Assembly (NCBI GenBank): GCA_049287185.1
Contig: JBAQFI010000004.1
Location: forward strand, 8,125 to 72,124
Direction: 5' to 3'
Length of the DNA: 64,000 nt
DNA from: Minisyncoccia bacterium
GTDB taxonomy: Bacteria > Patescibacteriota > Minisyncoccia > Phycocordibacterales > GWA1-40-21
The position numbers and the translations under genes are program-made. Below, in pieces: positions 59,266 through 64,000 of this stretch (position 1 is its first letter; each line of letters opens with the position of its first letter). The notes below the pieces were generated by a model, which worked only from the letters and a program-made list of their open reading frames with translations, was not told the DNA's origin and made no database searches.

Positions 59266-59751
59266 TCAAGAATGATAGAAGAAATTGTAGGCTTTGAGAT
59301 CGATTTTCATATTGGGACTGATTTTGATGATCCTGTCCCAAGGGTCTAAGATCATTTCCTCCTTCTTGCTGGTTGTAAAATATATCTTTCGCCCTTGTCT
59401 GGTGCCGATTGATACATTGTTGCAGGGGAGAACTGTTTTTCCGGTCTTGGTCAGAAGACCCCAGCGACCATTTTCCATCACGCGAATGAAAAACTTGTCA
59501 TCGTTAGGTAAATTTAAAATGTTTACCTTTTGATAATGTTTTTCATTGATCAATTTGCCGTTTACAGCGGAATGGATTGAGAACCTCCCGTTCTTTTCTT
59601 CCTGAATGTAAATACTTTCATTCAGAAATGTTACACCAGCTTTTTTGAAACCCTGTGAAATCTCACGAAAGATTCTCAAAACCTTGATCGTGCCCGCTGG
59701 ATCCTCTTCAGTAGCCGACTTTTTAACTTTCCCCATGACAAATTTAACCAT
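59266..59751 (-). CDS. hypothetical protein with WG-containing repeat
   Basis: ENGRWGLLTKTGKTVLP resembles KWG/WG repeats. Confidence 0.35.
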   Translation of the reverse strand: MVKFVMGKVKKSATEEDPAGTIKVLRIFREISQGFKKAGVTFLNESIYIQEEKNGRFSIHSAVNGKLINEKHYQKVNILNLPNDDKFFIRVMENGRWGLLTKTGKTVLPCNNVSIGTRQGRKIYFTTSKKEEMILDPWDRIIKISPNMKIDLKAYNFFYHS

Positions 59752-59925
59752 AAACCCTCCCTTTGTTCGTTTTAAAATCCTTTCTACTCACTATTATATA
59801 CCTAAATATGAAATTTGTCAATGTATAAAAATTTAGCCAAAAGCCAGCAACATCTTATATTTAGTGTCTTTTTATGGTATAGTTGAAAAACTACTTTAAT
59901 TTTAGTAGTTTAATTTTAATTTAAT

Positions 59926-60480
59926 ATGATTATATACATCCTTTTAGCCATAGTTTTGTTTGTCGGTTTCTTATTTGTGTTCGCTTATAACGGTTTTATT
60001 AAGAAAATCAATCAGGTTAAAGAAGCCTGGGCGGACATCGATGTCCAACTCAAACGTCGTTACGACCTTATCCCAAATTTAGTGAATACTGTTAAAGGTT
60101 ATGCATCTCACGAAAGTGAAACTTTTGCGAAAGTAACTGAAGCTCGAGCGATGGCGATGAAAGCCGGAAACCTAGCCGAAAAAAGTCAGACTGAAAACAT
60201 TTTGACCGATACTCTAAAATCGCTTTTCGCCGTTTCTGAAGCCTATCCAGAGCTCAAAGCCAATGAGAACTTTTTGAGTTTACAAACCGAATTATCTGAC
60301 ACAGAAAATAAAATCCAATCTGCTCGAAGATTTTATAACGGTAATGTTCGCGACTTAAATATTGCCATTGATTCCTTCCCACAAAACATTATTGCCGGTA
60401 TGTTTCATTTCCTAAAAATGGAATACTTTGAATTGGAACAAGACAATGCAGCCAAGGAAGCGGTGGAAGTGAAGTTTTAG
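59926..60480 (+). CDS. lemA: LemA family protein
   Basis: N-terminal TM then QLKRRYDLIPNLVNTVKGYASHE...NENFLSLQTELSDTENKIQSARRFYN (LemA consensus). Confidence 0.8.
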   Translation: MIIYILLAIVLFVGFLFVFAYNGFIKKINQVKEAWADIDVQLKRRYDLIPNLVNTVKGYASHESETFAKVTEARAMAMKAGNLAEKSQTENILTDTLKSLFAVSEAYPELKANENFLSLQTELSDTENKIQSARRFYNGNVRDLNIAIDSFPQNIIAGMFHFLKMEYFELEQDNAAKEAVEVKF

Positions 60481-60639
60481 TTTCAATAATAGTAATTGTT
60501 GAAAATTTAAAATGATAAATTCAAAATTTACCTGTCCTGTAATAAACAGGGAAAACAATTACTCAATTTAAAATTTTTAATGTAAGAGTTTTTAAATTGT
60601 TTTTAAATTTTAAACTTTAAATTATAAATTTCTTTAATT

Positions 60640-61536
60640 ATGGCTACTCTTTACACTCAGCAAAATAAAAACGTTAACAAAACTTGGCTCCTGATGGGGG
60701 CGATGTTAGTTTTGATTGTGGCCATCGGTTTTTTCTTGAGTCAGTATTATAGCGATCCAGGTATTCTGTACGTCGCTATTATTTTTAGTTTACTTTTAAA
60801 TTTTGCGAGTTACTGGTGGTCCGCCAAAATTGTTTTAGGATTGTACCGGGCAAGACCAGCAAGTATAGAGACGGAACATAATCTAATTAATATTGTGGAA
60901 AATTTGGCTATTACCGCCGGACTCCCAATACCCAAAATTTATGTCATTCCTGATCCAGCTCCCAATGCTTTTGCTACTGGTCGCAATGCTAAAAATGCGG
61001 TTGTGGCTGTAACTTCTGGCTTATTGGTGATGTTAAATAAAACCGAACTTGAGGGAGTGATAGCTCACGAGATGTCTCACATTGGTAACCGGGATATTTT
61101 ACTCAACACTGTAGTGGTTGTTCTAGTTGGGTCATTGGCCATTCTTTCTGACATTTTTTTACGCAGTACATTTTTTGGTTCTCGAAGTAATAATGACAAA
61201 GGTGGGGGAATAATCATGATCATTGGTTTAATATTAATGATCCTGTCACCAATTATCGCTCAAATGATTCAACTTGCTATTTCTCGCAAACGTGAATTTT
61301 TGGCTGATGCTTCCGGAGCTCTACTTACTCGTTATCCCGAAGGTTTGGCCGGCGCCCTACAGAAAATTTCGTCTTTTCCCGGACAAATGAAAATGGCCAA
61401 CAATGCCACCGCTCATTTATTTATCTCCAGTCCTTTTGGAAAAGCTGGCAATAAAATATCCAATCTTTTTATGACGCATCCACCGGTCGAGGCTAGAATT
61501 AAAGCCTTGCTGGGAGATCGTGAATATGAAAAATAA
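60640..61536 (+). CDS. htpX: HtpX-like M48 zinc metalloprotease
   Basis: HEMSHI (HExxH) in VIAHEMSHIGNRD, downstream Glu (REFLADASGA), 4 TM. Confidence 0.85.
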   Translation: MATLYTQQNKNVNKTWLLMGAMLVLIVAIGFFLSQYYSDPGILYVAIIFSLLLNFASYWWSAKIVLGLYRARPASIETEHNLINIVENLAITAGLPIPKIYVIPDPAPNAFATGRNAKNAVVAVTSGLLVMLNKTELEGVIAHEMSHIGNRDILLNTVVVVLVGSLAILSDIFLRSTFFGSRSNNDKGGGIIMIIGLILMILSPIIAQMIQLAISRKREFLADASGALLTRYPEGLAGALQKISSFPGQMKMANNATAHLFISSPFGKAGNKISNLFMTHPPVEARIKALLGDREYEK

Positions 61537-62188
61537 AATACTATACATTTGGGGTGAAATAGTAGATTTTGTTTTAGCAAAAAAGGAAAATGTGAGTGCT
61601 TTTCAAGTACCACGTCCAAGATATATCACCAAAATAACTTTTTTTGACAAAATTAATGCGGCTACCGCACTAAAACTTTTTCCCATAGATGTTAAACCAA
61701 ATCATCTAACAGTTTTTCGTTTTTTAATGACCCCAGTGGTTCTTATCGTTTTACTTTTAGATTATAAAGTTTTAGGTTTAGTTCTTTTTATAATTACGGC
61801 TTATTCAGATTCTCTAGATGGTTCAATGGCTCGCACCAGAAATAAAATTACCGACTGGGGTATTGTTTTTGACCCTTTTGCTGATAAGTTGCTCATCGGC
61901 AGTGTAGGTTTTTTGGTTATTACTCAATATTTGAATTTTTATATCGCACTAACTATCGTTTTCTTGGAATTAGCGCTAATTATTTCTTCATATTTACGTT
62001 TTAAAGGGAGAGTTATTCCAGCCAAGACGACTGGTAAAATAAAAATGTTTTTACAATGTTTGGGTATTATTTTTATTCTTTTCTATATGGTAATTGGGGA
62101 TCCATGGCTGCTACCGGCTGCCACCTATACACTTTATTTATCAATTTTATTTTCTATTTTAAGTTTGACGGTTTATCGGTCAGTTTAG
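61520..62188 (+). CDS. CDP-alcohol phosphatidyltransferase family protein
   Basis: DGSMARTRNKITDWGIVFDPFADKL fits D-G-x2-A-R-x8-G-x3-D-x3-D. 5-6 TM. Confidence 0.75.
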   Translation: MNMKNKILYIWGEIVDFVLAKKENVSAFQVPRPRYITKITFFDKINAATALKLFPIDVKPNHLTVFRFLMTPVVLIVLLLDYKVLGLVLFIITAYSDSLDGSMARTRNKITDWGIVFDPFADKLLIGSVGFLVITQYLNFYIALTIVFLELALIISSYLRFKGRVIPAKTTGKIKMFLQCLGIIFILFYMVIGDPWLLPAATYTLYLSILFSILSLTVYRSV

Positions 62189-62210
62189 TGTTTTATTTTG
62201 CAAAATAATC

Positions 62211-62286
62211 TGTCATTACTACGCAGACAGGAATGACAACGGGCCACGCATCGTGAGGCAAGGCCTCACGATGAGTTGCCTCACGA
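62211..62286. repeat. REP cluster upstream of the transposase: family A-like inverted repeat + family C 25-nt palindrome + extra half-site
   Basis: ctgtcatt...aatgaca (62211-62240). catcgtgaggc-aag-gcctcacgatg (62249-62273). gcctcacgatg again at 62276-62286. Confidence 0.7.
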
Positions 62287-62311
62287 TGTAGAAAAAGATA
62301 ATATTATTCAC

Positions 62312-62977
62312 ATGTCTGCCAGATCAAAAAAATTTGTCTCAGGTGAGTTCTATCACATTTATAACAGAGGAAACAGTAAACAGAAAATTTTTCATGATGA
62401 GGAAGATTATCAGAGGTTTACTTCTTTACTCTTTCTGTCAAATAAGATGAAAAAATTCGATATTTTCGATCTTCGAAAATATAAAAATAAAAATACATAC
62501 AAGCATGAAAACAATAAGCCGATTGTAAGTATTGGATCGTACTGTCTAATGCCAAATCATTTTCATATTCTGATTACTCAAGCTGAAAGTGAAGAGAATG
62601 GTATCAGTAAATTCATGCATAAATTGGGCACTGCCTATTCAATGTATTATAATAAAAAATATAAGAGAACGGGTGGATTATTCGAAGGTAAATTTAAATC
62701 GCAGTATATTGAGACAGATCGACACCTAAAATATTTATTCTCATATATTCATTTAAACCCGATAAAACTTATTCAAAAAGATTGGAAAGAAAAGGGAATT
62801 GTAAATAGGAAGGAAGCTATTAGTTACCTAAATAACTACTTATTTTCAAGCTATATAGATTTTATGGGGGAAAAAAGGTTTGAAAATGAAATCATAGACA
62901 CCTGGGCGTTTCCAAAATATTTTCCTAAAAAAGAATCATTTATTAAAGAGACTTTAAATTGGTTAAGTTATAAATAG
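62312..62977 (+). CDS. IS200/IS605-family Y1 (HUH) transposase, REP-associated tyrosine transposase (RAYT)-like
   Basis: From ATG MSARSKKFVSGEFYHIYNRGN. HUH motif CLMPNHFHILI, catalytic Tyr helix YLFSYIHLNPIK, GGLFEGKFKS. The track's TTG start at 62276 lies inside the palindrome. Confidence 0.75.
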   Translation: MSARSKKFVSGEFYHIYNRGNSKQKIFHDEEDYQRFTSLLFLSNKMKKFDIFDLRKYKNKNTYKHENNKPIVSIGSYCLMPNHFHILITQAESEENGISKFMHKLGTAYSMYYNKKYKRTGGLFEGKFKSQYIETDRHLKYLFSYIHLNPIKLIQKDWKEKGIVNRKEAISYLNNYLFSSYIDFMGEKRFENEIIDTWAFPKYFPKKESFIKETLNWLSYK

Positions 62978-63005
62978 TTTACTAGATTTTTATAGTTGTT
63001 TAAAA

Positions 63006-63030
63006 CATCGTGAGGCAAGGCCTCACGATG
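63006..63030. repeat. family C palindrome, identical copy downstream of the transposase
   Basis: catcgtgaggcaaggcctcacgatg, identical to 62249-62273. Confidence 0.8.
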
Positions 63031-63103
63031 TTTTAAATTTAACGATATATTGCTTAATTTTGATTGATAATTAAACCATTGATTGGTATAATAATCAGTA
63101 ATA

Positions 63104-64000
63104 ATGCCATTTAAAAAAGTTTCAAACTTATTCAGAACCACTTTGATTGTCTTAACGTCCCTAGTTTTGTTTTTTTCAGCTGTTAATTTAGTTTCTGCTG
63201 AAGAACCAGTGTCTTGGGGTATAATCCCAACTCAACCCCTATCAGTAATTGATAAACTATTAAATTATTTTGGCGCGGGGACTATTCCAATTTCTGGTGC
63301 CAACCAACTCGACTCAAGTAGAGGAATAATCGCCGATCTTTTTTCTCAACTTTCTAAACAAGATGACGTTTGGGTAAATATTCCAAGTGGAGATTATGTT
63401 CGAGCCACTTTTGAACGTGAGTTAACCAACAAAAACGATATTACTGTCTACGCCAAAGGCGCGGGTTCTATCGAAGTCTATAGAAAAGATTCCACTGAAA
63501 AAATAATGGACATTAATATTGCAGGTGAAAAAACTTATCGTAAACTTTTAACCAATCTCCAGGGCCCTGAAATTATTTTCGATCTAAAAATTGTTGGTGA
63601 TATTCAGCTGGATTATGTGACGGATCCAACTTGTTCTGCAACAGGAGGTACTATCACTCAAGTCAATGGTTATTGTATTCACACCTTTACATCTAACGGA
63701 AACTTTTCTCTTCCTGGTGAATCTACTATTGATGTCCTGGTTGTTGGAGGAGGTGCTTCAGGTGGAAATAGAATCGGTGGTGGAGGAGGTGCTGGTGGTG
63801 CCGTTTATCAACAAAATAAAACTATCCAAGGTAGTACTTATCCTGTAACCATCGGCGCTGGTGGCGCAGCAGTTACTGGTTGGGGCGCGGGAAATAATGG
63901 TCAGAATTCAATTTTTCATGATGTAACTGCTTTTGGTGGTGGCGGTGGTGGAGTTTATGCTGGTCATCAAAATGGATTTGATGGAGGTTGTGGAGGTGGA
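63104..64000 (+). CDS. secreted glycine-rich repeat protein (5' part; open to window end)
   Basis: ATG at 63104 with signal peptide MPFKKVSNLFRTTLIVLTSLVLFFSAVNLVSA. Open frame to 64000 without stop. Second half VLVVGGGASGGNRIGGGGGAGGAVYQ...TIGAGGAAVTGWGAGNNGQ...FGGGGGGVYAGHQNGFDGGCGGG. It is absent from the ORF track because no stop falls in the window. Confidence 0.55.
   Translation, partial: MPFKKVSNLFRTTLIVLTSLVLFFSAVNLVSAEEPVSWGIIPTQPLSVIDKLLNYFGAGTIPISGANQLDSSRGIIADLFSQLSKQDDVWVNIPSGDYVRATFERELTNKNDITVYAKGAGSIEVYRKDSTEKIMDINIAGEKTYRKLLTNLQGPEIIFDLKIVGDIQLDYVTDPTCSATGGTITQVNGYCIHTFTSNGNFSLPGESTIDVLVVGGGASGGNRIGGGGGAGGAVYQQNKTIQGSTYPVTIGAGGAAVTGWGAGNNGQNSIFHDVTAFGGGGGGVYAGHQNGFDGGCGGG

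Noticed and set aside
62276-62311. TTG start for the transposase ORF as given in the track
   Set aside because: The start lies inside the flanking palindrome. The downstream ATG (MSARSKK...) precedes the conserved Y1 transposase N-terminus FYHIYNRGN.

Overview
Low-GC, gene-dense bacterial window with short intergenic regions and many small hypothetical proteins. It carries a monoderm-style type IV pilus locus and tRNAs that encode CCA, all of which fit a Patescibacteria/CPR-like genome, although no rRNA is present to confirm this. The window holds about 65 protein genes. Housekeeping genes with clear motifs: recG (partial), ppdK, ung, gltX, ligA, gatCA, prfB, ftsEX, pyrG, trxA, rsmG, rnj, secG, htpX/lemA. 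One contiguous ~12 kb block encodes pilM-N-O-(P)-B-receiver-T-C-pilA-pilin-pilD-3 minor pilins-pilX. There are seven tRNA genes and a trehalose-6-phosphate synthase fused to a membrane sensor-like N-terminus. The notable items are listed below.
- tRNA-Asp(GUC) is split by a 218-nt group I intron. Its boundaries are defined by P1/P10 pairing and by the conserved R/S core elements.
- A free-standing double-motif LAGLIDADG homing endonuclease gene ends 10 nt inside the tRNA-Asp 5' exon.
- At tRNA-Ser, tRNA-Asp and tRNA-Thr, a 140-290 bp highly structured insert follows the tRNA 3' end. Each insert is closed by a direct repeat of that tRNA's 3' end.
- An IS200/RAYT-like HUH tyrosine transposase is flanked by identical 25-nt palindromes (REPtron-like). 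Related REP-like hairpin families are scattered through intergenic regions, and one overlaps the start of a minor pilin gene.
- A 458-aa tandem ThyX-like protein has a degenerate N-terminal half and a C-terminal half that keeps the RHR motif.
- Two paralogous large hypothetical proteins sit inside a block of secreted, Zn-ribbon and Cys-rich proteins.
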